DNA of 64,000 nucleotides from an uncultured Solirubrobacteraceae bacterium (GCA_963697985.1 CAVOPM010000002.1:108660-172659), one strand, 5' to 3'; positions 55,149 through 63,720 are shown, counted from the stretch's first letter. The notes: generated by a model not told the origin, from the letters alone. A program made the numbers and translations.

Positions 55149-57316
55149 TCGGCCGCCCTGAAGTCGAATTCGGCGTGATGCCGCTCCTGCAGCGCGACGC
55201 CGCGCCGCAGGCGCGCGCGGCGGCGGCGCGGTTCGTCGCCATCTGCGATCAATTCGAGCGCCTGGTTGCACAGGGTGATCACCTCGTGGTGCGCCCAACC
55301 GCGGCCGGCCTGCTCGGCAGCGGTGAGGAGGTAGTCGGCCGCCCGCAGCGCATCGCCGGCCTGTCGCCAATGGTGCGCGAGGGTCGCGGCGTAGGCCGAG
55401 GGGTCGCCCGCCGCCCCCTCGATGAAACGCGCCACGGCAGCGTGGCGCTGGCGCCGTGCCGCCATGGGCAGCGTCGAGTACGCGACCTCCTGGATCAGGC
55501 CGTGCTTGAAGGTCAGCTCCTGCTCGCCCTCGATGCGTGACTCAGGCATGCGGCGGATCAGGTCGCGCATTTCCAGCGATCGGAGCAGCTCCGCTACAGG
55601 GCCCGGAGTCCCGAGCGCTTCCAAGCTTCCCCGCCAGAAGACTTCGCCGATGACCGATGCGCTCAGAATCAGCTGCCGCTCGGGCGCCGGAAGGCGGTCC
55701 AGACGCGCCGCGATCATCGTCTTGACGTTGGTCGGGAGCTCAGCGGTCGCTGACGCTTCGCCCTCCGACAGCCATGTGGTCAGCTCCTCGATGAGGAGAG
55801 GGTTGCCGCCTGCGGCGCGCTCTACGCGGCTCACGATCGAGTCATCCTCGGGAGTGCGAGGAAGCAAACGGCGCACGAGGTCATTGGCATGACCGCTTCC
55901 CAAGGCGTCGAGCTGCACGGTCACGTGCCTCGGCAGGCGCGCCCAGTCCGGCTGGTCGTCCAGGAACTCCTCCCGAGCCAGGGCGAGGATGAGAAGGGGC
56001 GCCTCCGTGAGGCGGACGACAAGCGAGCCGACAAGTTCGAGCAGGCTCTGATCCGCCCACTGCAGATCCTCGAGAACCAGCAACGTTGGCTGCTCCCGTG
56101 CCAGCGCCTCGAGGAAACGCCGCACCGAGGCGAACAGCTCCTCTCGCTCATCAACGCTGTCGTCCGTTAGCCGCGCGATGATCGACAGATGGGTGACGAC
56201 ACTCGACGCGTCGTCGTCTCCGCATAGCGCGCGCAGTCGGCAAGCCAGCTTCGCCACAGCCTCAGGGGCTGGATCGCTGGCAAAGATGTCGCACGCCTCC
56301 TTGATGACCAACGCGAGCGCGCCATACGCGACGCGCTCCCCGTACGGGAAGGAGCGCCCGCGCAGCACGCGTCCGCCTTCGTCCTGAATTTGGCGCCCCA
56401 GCTCGAGGGTCAGCCGGGTCTTGCCGATTCCGGGAGCGCCCAGGACGGTGACCAGCTGTGGATACCGCTCAGACGACGTCCGCGCCCACGCGCGCGCGAG
56501 GAACTCCAGCTCCGTCTCGCGCCCGACAAAGGGGGCGTCTGAAACACGGCGTTCGGCGGGCGCCGCCGTCGCCGATCGCGCGAGCCATGCCAGCAGCGGC
56601 GCCGACTTACCCTTGGCCGTTAGCGGCGCCATCGCTTCGTACTCGATGTCAACCGCAGTGGCGGCATGCGTCTGTTCGCCGACGAGGACCCCTTCAGCCG
56701 GCGCGGCGGACTGCAGCCGCGACGCGGTGTTCACCGCGTCCCCCATCACGGTCAGCTCGCGCCGCGCCTCAGGACCTACGCGCGCAAAGATGACCTCTCC
56801 CGTGTTCACGCCGACACGGACGCACAGTCCACAGAACTCCTCGGTGTTCTCAGAGGCCCGCCGCTGAATCTCAAGCGCGGCCCTCACCGCGCGCGTCGGG
56901 TCATCCTCGTGGGCGACTGGTGCCCCGAACACCGCCATGAGCGCATCGCCGATGACCTTGTCGACCGCGCCCCCAAACTGCTCCACGACCTCGCCCATCG
57001 CGCACATGCAGCGGTCGACCATCGAGCGGATCTCCTCGGGATCGGTTCGCTCTGACAGGGCAGTGAAGCCGGAGAGGTCGGCGAACAGCACCGTTGCCCA
57101 CCTTCGCTCCTCCTCGGGGTCCGGTGCGGGTGGCACGGAATCTGCACCCGGAGCCCCGAGTTCAGCTCCGCAAGCCCCGCAGAACTGAAAACCCGGTGGG
57201 TTCTCCTGTCCGCACGCCCGACAAGCTCGGGGTAGCGCACTACCGCAGCTGCCGCAGAACCGCTGGGCCGGCTCGCTCTGCTCGCCGCAGGCCGGGCAGT
57301 GGGTTGCGCCGGACAA
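55106..57316 (-). CDS. multidomain signalling protein: double zinc ribbon + class III adenylate/guanylate cyclase + P-loop (STAND/AAA) ATPase + helical repeats
   Basis: N-terminus CPACG...CGSCG...CRACG...CGACG. Cyclase core TVLFADLSGFT...GDALMAVFG...RVGVNTGEV...GDAVNTASRL. Walker A GAPGIGKTR, Walker B LLVLEDLQWAD. Confidence 0.8.
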   Translation of the reverse strand: MSGATHCPACGEQSEPAQRFCGSCGSALPRACRACGQENPPGFQFCGACGAELGAPGADSVPPAPDPEEERRWATVLFADLSGFTALSERTDPEEIRSMVDRCMCAMGEVVEQFGGAVDKVIGDALMAVFGAPVAHEDDPTRAVRAALEIQRRASENTEEFCGLCVRVGVNTGEVIFARVGPEARRELTVMGDAVNTASRLQSAAPAEGVLVGEQTHAATAVDIEYEAMAPLTAKGKSAPLLAWLARSATAAPAERRVSDAPFVGRETELEFLARAWARTSSERYPQLVTVLGAPGIGKTRLTLELGRQIQDEGGRVLRGRSFPYGERVAYGALALVIKEACDIFASDPAPEAVAKLACRLRALCGDDDASSVVTHLSIIARLTDDSVDEREELFASVRRFLEALAREQPTLLVLEDLQWADQSLLELVGSLVVRLTEAPLLILALAREEFLDDQPDWARLPRHVTVQLDALGSGHANDLVRRLLPRTPEDDSIVSRVERAAGGNPLLIEELTTWLSEGEASATAELPTNVKTMIAARLDRLPAPERQLILSASVIGEVFWRGSLEALGTPGPVAELLRSLEMRDLIRRMPESRIEGEQELTFKHGLIQEVAYSTLPMAARRQRHAAVARFIEGAAGDPSAYAATLAHHWRQAGDALRAADYLLTAAEQAGRGWAHHEVITLCNQALELIADGDEPRRRRARLRRGVALQERHHAEFDFRAADQSKSSGEMSPPIS

Positions 57317-57634
57317 ACCTAGTCCTCACGCCGACGCAGAGAGCTGGCCCCGCCGGCACGGGTGCTGCCGTGTTCGCCCACCATCAGAGGCCGAACGTCG
57401 TCACGGAACACGCCAGGGCGTCCCACGATATGCCGGCATTACCACCTCTTTTGACCATCACGCTCAGGATAGTCCTCGCGGTTCGCGCCGGACATCGTTT
57501 CGGCAGCAAGTCCCGTCTGCTTGCCCAACGCGGTCGGATCCAGCCCAATCGGACCTGATCCGCAACGGCGCCGTTACGGGGGGCTCCGTCGCAATCGCGC
57601 GCGCCAGCGTTGTTTAGGTCGGGCCGCCGGGCGT

Positions 57635-57676
57635 CCTCCTAAGCGGTAGATCCAGGTTCGACTCCTGGCGGGGGCA
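57635..57676 (+). repeat. 42-nt copy of the tRNA-Arg(CCT) 3' half (att-like), 1 mismatch
   Basis: cctcctaagcggtagatccaggtTcgactcctggcgggggca. It is followed by CTAC, as is the 54726 copy. Confidence 0.8.
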
Positions 57677-57698
57677 CTACAAGACCAGCCCACGCTGT

Positions 57699-59306
57699 CT
57701 AGGAGTAGGTGAACTTGTCACCGCTCGAAGTCGGGCTGGCGATGGCGCCGACGGTCGCTTTGACGTTGACCGTCGCGGCGGCGTGCGGCGGCGAGAGCAT
57801 CGTGCAGGACGTGCTCGAGCTGCAATTGACGGCGGTCGCCTTGGGAGTGCCGAATCTGAAGATCGTCGCGGAGCCGAGCGCGAAGCCCGAGCCGGTCACG
57901 GTCACGCTCGTGCCGCCCGCCGTGCCGCCGGAGCTGGGTGTCACCGACGTCACGCTCGGCGTGAACTTGAAGTGATCGGCCGCCGACAGGGCGCTCGTGC
58001 CAGCCGCGTTTGTGACTGTAACGTCGACCGTGCCCGTCGCCTGCGGCGGCGCCGTGGCCGTGATTTTGCTCGACGAGGTGACCGTGAAGGAGGCGGTCTG
58101 CGTGCCGAAGTGCACGGCCGTCGCGCCCGTGAAGCCGCTGCCGGTGATTTTCACTACCGTGCCGCCGCTCGCAGGGCCTTTGATCGGGGAGATTTTCGTC
58201 ACCGCCGGCCCTGTCACGGCATAGCGCTGCTTGCACGTGCTTCCTTCGTTGCTCCACTCCTGCTGGTACCAGTACTCGTGGGCGTTGACCAGCTGGTTGT
58301 AGCGCGAGCCGTCCGGCGCCGTGCCCAGCGGCGTGCCGAATTCGCTCGCCGCTTCGAAGGTGCGGCATTTGTCGCCGTTCTCGTTGCCTTCCGGGCCGTA
58401 CCACGCGTTCAGTTCGGGGTCCGTGATCGACTCATTGTGCTCGTGGCTGAGACCGCCCTGCAGAGCTCCGTCGGAGGGGCTTTCGTTCGGGTGTTCGCCG
58501 TCGTCGCAGCCGCTGTTGCCGCTCACGTAGGGGTCGTTCGAGTACACGATCACGCCGCCGCCGCTGGCGAAGCTGCCGTGGTAGGCGCAGTAGACCGGCG
58601 AGGTGCTGCCCGCCGAGCATTCCCCGCCGGTGGCTTCGAAGCAGTCTTCGACGCCCGGCGGCGTCAGCAGGAAGTACTCGTGCACGAGGTCGCGGGGCAG
58701 GGCGTGGGCCGCGATGTAGCTGCTCAGCTCGGCCTGCAGCTGCGCGTCCGTGAGGCAGATCGGCGCCTTTTTGCAGCCATTTTTGGGATACGGGTCGGTG
58801 TCGACGATCGCGCCGGCGAAGTGCGAGTCGTACGCGACGACTTCACCGCTGCCGTTCGTGTATTGCGTCGCCACCGAGTCGACGTTCTGGTTGCCGCCGC
58901 TGTCGTGCGCGAGGTCTTCGAGGTAGCGGTTGACGCCTGACTGGTATCCCGCCGGATACGCCGGCGAGCCACTGGGCGCCCAGTAGAACGTGTAGTTCGT
59001 GTTGGAGGTCATCACCGGACCACCGTGGTAGATCAGGTTGGCACTGACCAGCGGCGCCAGCGGCCGCACGCTCGACGGCGCGACGCCGCGCAGCGGCTGG
59101 TAGCTGACCGGCTTGCCGCTGCCGAGATGGATGATCACGGCCGACGCTCCCCCCGCGCCGAGCGCCAGCATGGCGCTCGCGAGCACCGCCACGAGGCCGC
59201 CGCGCCTGGCCGCGCGACCCACCCGCGACCGCGCGCCGGTCGCCGGCTTGGCTTTGTCGCACGCGCGCGCCGACGTTCCTAGACCGTTCACTCGTTCCAT
59301 GCTCAC
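57699..59306 (-). CDS. secreted protein with Cys-rich N-terminal domain and two C-terminal IPT/TIG domains
   Basis: Signal/anchor GLVAVLASAMLALGAGGASA. Two Ig-like repeats (ISPIKGPASGGTVVKITGSGF; VTPSSGGTAGGTSVTVTGSGF). The N-terminal domain contains HEHNESITDPE. Confidence 0.7.
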   Translation of the reverse strand: MSMERVNGLGTSARACDKAKPATGARSRVGRAARRGGLVAVLASAMLALGAGGASAVIIHLGSGKPVSYQPLRGVAPSSVRPLAPLVSANLIYHGGPVMTSNTNYTFYWAPSGSPAYPAGYQSGVNRYLEDLAHDSGGNQNVDSVATQYTNGSGEVVAYDSHFAGAIVDTDPYPKNGCKKAPICLTDAQLQAELSSYIAAHALPRDLVHEYFLLTPPGVEDCFEATGGECSAGSTSPVYCAYHGSFASGGGVIVYSNDPYVSGNSGCDDGEHPNESPSDGALQGGLSHEHNESITDPELNAWYGPEGNENGDKCRTFEAASEFGTPLGTAPDGSRYNQLVNAHEYWYQQEWSNEGSTCKQRYAVTGPAVTKISPIKGPASGGTVVKITGSGFTGATAVHFGTQTASFTVTSSSKITATAPPQATGTVDVTVTNAAGTSALSAADHFKFTPSVTSVTPSSGGTAGGTSVTVTGSGFALGSATIFRFGTPKATAVNCSSSTSCTMLSPPHAAATVNVKATVGAIASPTSSGDKFTYS

Positions 59307-59406
59307 AGCACGCTACAGGGCCGCCGGCGGCCCTGTCCAGCGCGCACGGCGGATTGCCTGGCGGGGCACTCGCACAAAACGCCTGCGTCGCTACGGTCTC
59401 GTTTGC

Positions 59407-59430
59407 CCCAACCGGGTCATTCCGGTTGGG
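59407..59430 (-). terminator. candidate terminator hairpin after the MFS gene
   Basis: CCCAACCGG-6 nt-CCGGTTGGG (9-bp stem), 17 nt downstream of the stop at 59447. No clear U-tract. Confidence 0.35.
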
Positions 59431-59446
59431 ACGCGCGCTCCCGGCT

Positions 59447-60970
59447 TCAGGCAGGCACCGCGGCGAGCTCGCCACCTCGCGCCGCCTCCGCCTGCTCGCG
59501 GCTGGCGCGCGAGGAGATCAGGACGGCCGCGAGGATCGCGCCGACGATCGCAAATCCCGCTCCGACGAGGAAGGCGCGGTCGAACCCTTTCGTGAGCGCG
59601 ACCGAGGGGTGTACGCCGCCGCTCAGCAGGCTTTGCGTGCGGCTGTTGGCGACCGTCGCGAGGATCGCCAGGCCGAGCGCGCCGCCGACCTGCTGTGAGG
59701 TATTGATCAGTCCCGAGGCGAGGCCGGCCTCATGCGGCTTGGTCCCCGTCACGGCGCCGATCGTCACCGAGACGAACGAGAACCCGAGGCCGAACGCGGC
59801 GAGCAGCGACGGCCCGAGTACGTCGGCACCGAAGGACCCACCCGGCGCGGGTACCTGCGAGAACCAGAGCAGAGCGGCCGCGATCAGCAACAGACCCGCG
59901 ATCAGGACCGGCTTGAAGCCGATCCGCGTGACGAGCTGCGAGCCGACCCCGGCCGAGATGATGATCCCCACCGCGAGCGGCAGATACGAGAGCCCTGTCT
60001 TGATCGCCGAGAAGCCCAGGACGTCCTGCAGATAGAGCGAGATGAAGAAGAACATCGAGAAGAGCGACATGCCGATCAGCAACCCCACGATGTCCGCTCC
60101 TCGCAGCGTGCGCAGGCGGAAGATCGAAAATGGCAGCAGCGGATGGCGCTGGCGGCGCTCGATCGCCACGAACGCCACGAGCAGGAGGGCCGATCCGGCG
60201 AGCCGGAGGAGCGTGCCCGTCGAGCCCCACCCGACGTTGACGGCGTCGACGACCGTGTAGACGAGCAGCGCGAGCCCCGCCGTAACCGTCACGGCTCCGG
60301 GGATGTCAAAGCCTTCGGTGCCGTCTTCTGACTTGCTCTCGAGCAGCAACCGGGGCGCGAACGTGGCTGCGGCGATGCCGATCGGGACGTTCACGAACAG
60401 CACCCACCGCCAGCTCAGGCCGCTCGTGAGAATGCCGCCGAGTAGGACCCCGGCGGCGCCGCCGGCGCCGGCGACCGCACCCCAGATGCCCAGCGCGCGG
60501 TTGCGCTCCGCCCCTTCCGCGAACGTGGTCGTGATGATCGACAGCGCCGCCGGCGAGACGATCGCGGCGCCGAGGCCCTGGACGGCACGCGCGGCGATCA
60601 GCCATGCCTCGGACTGGGCGAGGCCGCCGGCCAGCGACGCGAGCGAGAAGACGACCAGGCCGATCATGAACATCCGCCGGCGCCCGAGCAGGTCGGCGAG
60701 GCGTCCGCCCAGCAGGAGGAATCCGCCGAACGTGAGCGTGTAGGCGTTCACGACCCACGAGAGGTCGGCTCGGGAGAAGTGCAGGTGGGCGCCGATCGAC
60801 GGGAGCGCGACGTTCACGATCGACGCATCGATCACGACCACGAACTGCGTCATCGCCAGGAGCATCAGCGCGAGGCTCTTGCCACGCTGCGAGCTCAGGT
60901 CGGCGGTTGCCCTACGCGTGCGAGAGCCGATCCTCGTTGCCTCGCCAGATTGGGTCTCGATAGTGCTCAT
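59447..60970 (-). CDS. MFS transporter, DHA2 (EmrB/QacA, 14-TMS) family
   Basis: 507 aa with 14 predicted TM helices. Motif A-like GGRLADLLGRRRMF, and motif C-like GAVAGAGGAAG. Confidence 0.85.
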   Translation of the reverse strand: MSTIETQSGEATRIGSRTRRATADLSSQRGKSLALMLLAMTQFVVVIDASIVNVALPSIGAHLHFSRADLSWVVNAYTLTFGGFLLLGGRLADLLGRRRMFMIGLVVFSLASLAGGLAQSEAWLIAARAVQGLGAAIVSPAALSIITTTFAEGAERNRALGIWGAVAGAGGAAGVLLGGILTSGLSWRWVLFVNVPIGIAAATFAPRLLLESKSEDGTEGFDIPGAVTVTAGLALLVYTVVDAVNVGWGSTGTLLRLAGSALLLVAFVAIERRQRHPLLPFSIFRLRTLRGADIVGLLIGMSLFSMFFFISLYLQDVLGFSAIKTGLSYLPLAVGIIISAGVGSQLVTRIGFKPVLIAGLLLIAAALLWFSQVPAPGGSFGADVLGPSLLAAFGLGFSFVSVTIGAVTGTKPHEAGLASGLINTSQQVGGALGLAILATVANSRTQSLLSGGVHPSVALTKGFDRAFLVGAGFAIVGAILAAVLISSRASREQAEAARGGELAAVPA

Positions 60971-61046
60971 GCGGGTCCTCTCGGGAGTGGAATGGCGGAG
61001 AATGATCCGGAAGCGGAGTTACGGTTCCTCTTGTATATAGCAGCAT

Positions 61047-61064
61047 ACGGAGCTAAGATTCCGT
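61047..61064. promoter_or_regulatory. candidate TetR operator (inverted repeat ACGGA-N8-TCCGT) in the MFS/TetR divergent region
   Basis: acggagctaagattccgt lies 11 nt upstream of the tetR-family ATG, in a relatively AT-rich 104-nt intergenic region. Confidence 0.25.
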
Positions 61065-61074
61065 TTGTCAAGTC

Positions 61075-61668
61075 ATGTCCATCGATCAGCGCACACTCAG
61101 AGCCGATGCCCGACGCAACCGCGAGCGGATCATGTCCGCGGGCCGCGAGCTGTTCGCACGCGACGGCCCTGAGGCACCGATGGACGAGATCGCCGCGCAT
61201 GCCGGCGTCGGGATCGGCACCGTCTACCGCCACTTCCCGACCAAGGAGGCGCTGCTGACCGAGATGGTGCGCGTCCGCTTCCAGGAGTTCGCTGCGATCG
61301 CGACGCTCGCCGAGGACACCGTAGACCCGCGGGATGCGCTTGAGACGGTCATGCGCCGCTCCGCCGAAGCGGTCGAGGGAGACATCGGCTTTCAGCTGGC
61401 GATGATGGGCTCCGACCAGCTCGAGTGGGAGGGCATCGAGGAGCAGAAGTCCGCTCTGGCTGCGGTCCTCACCCGGATCATCCGGCGCGCAGTCAGTGCC
61501 GGTGTTGTCCGAGACGACTTCACCTTCGAGGATTTCGGAATGGTGATGTGTGGAATCACCTCGACGATGTACTACAAGCCCGGCAGTGCCGATTGGCGTC
61601 GCCACCTAGCGATCATTCTCCACGGGGTACGCGCCCCAGTCGGGGATGTCGACCCGCAGAGCGCTTAG
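61075..61668 (+). CDS. TetR/AcrR family transcriptional regulator
   Basis: HTH region ADARRNRERIMSAGRELFARDGPEAPMDEIAAHAGVGIGTVYRHFPTKEAL. Confidence 0.85.
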   Translation: MSIDQRTLRADARRNRERIMSAGRELFARDGPEAPMDEIAAHAGVGIGTVYRHFPTKEALLTEMVRVRFQEFAAIATLAEDTVDPRDALETVMRRSAEAVEGDIGFQLAMMGSDQLEWEGIEEQKSALAAVLTRIIRRAVSAGVVRDDFTFEDFGMVMCGITSTMYYKPGSADWRRHLAIILHGVRAPVGDVDPQSA

Positions 61669-61721
61669 CCCGCGGCGGCTAGCCTGGCTCCGAACGTCTT
61701 GCCGAAGAGAGGGCCTAGCCG

Positions 61722-62162
61722 ATGTCGCAGGAGAACGTGGAGTTGGTGCGCTCGCTGCTTCCCCGTCCCGATACGGACATGGTCGCGTTGTTCAACGACG
61801 ACAGCGCGGCCGGCGAATTGATGCAGACGTGGGCGCCCTCGCTCGATCCCGACTTCGTGTCGGTCAAACACTTTCCAGGTGCGGACCCCGAGACAGCTCA
61901 GGGACTGCATGGCCTACGCGCTGGGTGGCTTGACTGGCTTGCTCCGTGGGAGAGCTACCGCACCGAGATCGAGGAGATGATCGACCTCGGAGACCGCGTC
62001 GTATCCGTCATCTGCGATTACGCTCGGCGCGAGCCAGAGGCTCCGGAGGTCGCCCTGAAATCGGCCGTGGTCTGGACTGTGCATGGCGGACGGATTGCTC
62101 GCGCCGAGTTCTATACCGGAGGCCGTGCCGAAGCGCTCGCGGCGATCGGACTGGCCGAGTAG
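61722..62162 (+). CDS. SnoaL-like / NTF2-fold (ketosteroid isomerase-like) protein
   Basis: 146 aa with N-terminus MSQENVELVRSLL, ...DRVVSVICDYARR..., and WTVHGGRIARAEFY, typical of the fold. Confidence 0.6.
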   Translation: MSQENVELVRSLLPRPDTDMVALFNDDSAAGELMQTWAPSLDPDFVSVKHFPGADPETAQGLHGLRAGWLDWLAPWESYRTEIEEMIDLGDRVVSVICDYARREPEAPEVALKSAVVWTVHGGRIARAEFYTGGRAEALAAIGLAE

Positions 62163-62191
62163 CCCGAGCCGGACGGCCCGCCGCGCTGACG

Positions 62192-62452
62192 CTACGCCGC
62201 GACGCTGTCGGGCAGCACGTCGTGCGTGCTCACCGTCGCGCTCGCGGCCGCGAGCATGGGATCGGGGACAACGTCGGAAGCGTCCGGGTGCTTGGCGCGA
62301 ACGTGCCGTGCCATGTTGGAAGGGTTGAGGATGCGCCGGCCGCAATGCGTGCAGCGTCCGGGGACGCGATCCAGCGCTCCTTCGCGGAACGCCTGCTCGA
62401 AGGCGGCGTCGCGATCGACCTTGGGCCCGCGGAAAGGCAGAAAGAGATTCAT
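62192..62452 (-). CDS. hypothetical small protein with a single classical C2H2 zinc-finger motif
   Basis: 86-aa GC3-rich ORF containing CTHCGRRILNPSNMARHVRAKH, which equals C-X2-C-X12-H-X4-H. Confidence 0.45.
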   Translation of the reverse strand: MNLFLPFRGPKVDRDAAFEQAFREGALDRVPGRCTHCGRRILNPSNMARHVRAKHPDASDVVPDPMLAAASATVSTHDVLPDSVAA

Positions 62453-62608
62453 GTTGGAGCCTTTACCCAGGTCTCAGTCAAGCCAAGCAAGATCGTGCAA
62501 GCTAAGCACGCGGACCGGACAAACGGGCGGAGCAGGCCCTCAGCAGCTGCGGCTCCGAAGACGATCGCCTCGCCGGCGGCCGCAAGACCTGCCGCGCGCT
62601 CTGGGCGG

Positions 62609-63157
62609 ATGCGTAAACTCGGAGGTCCGGTGGAGCTCCGAAAAGCCATACGAATCGTGTGCCCATACGCCGTCGCCGTCGCCTGTGCGGGCGTCGTCGT
62701 GGGCTGCGGAAGCTCCTCGACGTCGGGCTCCAGCAACCCGCCGGAACCGACCGGAGAAGCCGCCGCCGCGCAGCCCAATGAAGAAGCGGCTCGCAAGCGC
62801 GAAGAATCGGAAGAAACGAACAAGAATCGGGAACTGCTCTCGCAGGTAGAAGCAAAAAAACGGGAAGAATCCGCTGAAGAAACAGCCAAGAAGGCAGAAG
62901 CCAGCGCCGAAGCCAGGGTAAAGGAGCGCGAACATGTTGCCGCCGCCGAAGCCAAGAAGAAGCTCAAGGCCGCGGAAGCAAATGCAAAGAAAAGCGAAGA
63001 AGCCGCAAAGGCGGCGTTGAAGAAGCAAGAAGAAGAAGCCAAGAAACAGCACGAAGAAGAAGCCAAGAAACGCGCCCAAGTGAAAGCGAAATCCCCGGGG
63101 AAACCCCGGGCCAGGACGCAGACACCGCGGGCGATCCCGTTGAAAGTCACCGAATGA
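62609..63157 (+). CDS. putative lipoprotein, Lys/Glu/Ala-rich
   Basis: Lipobox VVVGC, then a Ser/Pro linker and an about 130-aa KEEA-rich low-complexity/coiled-coil region. Confidence 0.55.
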   Translation: MRKLGGPVELRKAIRIVCPYAVAVACAGVVVGCGSSSTSGSSNPPEPTGEAAAAQPNEEAARKREESEETNKNRELLSQVEAKKREESAEETAKKAEASAEARVKEREHVAAAEAKKKLKAAEANAKKSEEAAKAALKKQEEEAKKQHEEEAKKRAQVKAKSPGKPRARTQTPRAIPLKVTE

Positions 63158-63678
63158 CACCGCGCAGAGATCAACGCGGCGCCGCGCGCAAGGCTCTGGC
63201 GAGGCTGATCTGCGCTCTTGCGCTGGCCGGCGCTGTGGCGGTTGCGGGCTGCGGCGGCACGTCGTCGGGCGAAGCCGGAGGCAGTGCGAAAGGAGAATCA
63301 AGCGTCGCCGAAGGACCCCTTGAAACGGAAGCGAAACGAGAAGCGGCGCGTCGAGCGGAAGAGAAGAAGCGAGAAGAAGCATCAGAAGCCGAAGCAAAGA
63401 AGCAGCGGGAAGCGGCGCAGAAGACCGCAGACGCGCTGGCAGCCGAACGGAACGCGAAACCGTCGTCTAAGAAGTCGCGGAAAGGCTCGGCAAAAGCCAA
63501 GAAAGGCTCGAAACGGACGAAATCCGGGCCGAAAACGGCAACGGAACGGAGCAAGGCAGACGCCGCTGAAAAGGCCGCGCGGGAAGCCGCAAAGAAGCGG
63601 TTTGAAAGCGAAGAAGCCGCCGAAGTGAAGGCCTACAAGAAAGCGGAACGCGAAGAAGCCGCGACACGAGTTCCGTAG
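63154..63678 (+). CDS. putative lipoprotein, Lys/Glu/Ala-rich (paralogue of the preceding gene)
   Basis: Lipobox AVAGC and the same architecture as the preceding gene. ATG overlaps the upstream stop (ATGA). Confidence 0.55.
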   Translation: MTPRRDQRGAARKALARLICALALAGAVAVAGCGGTSSGEAGGSAKGESSVAEGPLETEAKREAARRAEEKKREEASEAEAKKQREAAQKTADALAAERNAKPSSKKSRKGSAKAKKGSKRTKSGPKTATERSKADAAEKAAREAAKKRFESEEAAEVKAYKKAEREEAATRVP

Positions 63679-63720
63679 GAGCGCTGCGCGGCGAATCGGC
63701 GCCGCGCGTTGGCTCCGGCG

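Larger units (their letters stand above)
51849..57676 (+). mobile_element. putative decayed tRNA-Arg-targeted integrative island, two tandem ~2.9-kb modules, no integrase seen
   Basis: Bounded by the intact tRNA-Arg and by two same-orientation copies of its 3' 42-44 nt (54726-54769 and 57635-57676). Confidence 0.4.

Noticed and set aside
57317-57634. 318-nt non-coding stretch before the third tRNA fragment (and 51849-52067 next to the tRNA) examined for an integrase remnant.
   Set aside because: Translations in all frames gave no R..H.xR...Y tyrosine-recombinase or serine-recombinase signatures that I could recognise. A sensitive tblastn or HMM search would be needed to exclude a badly decayed remnant.
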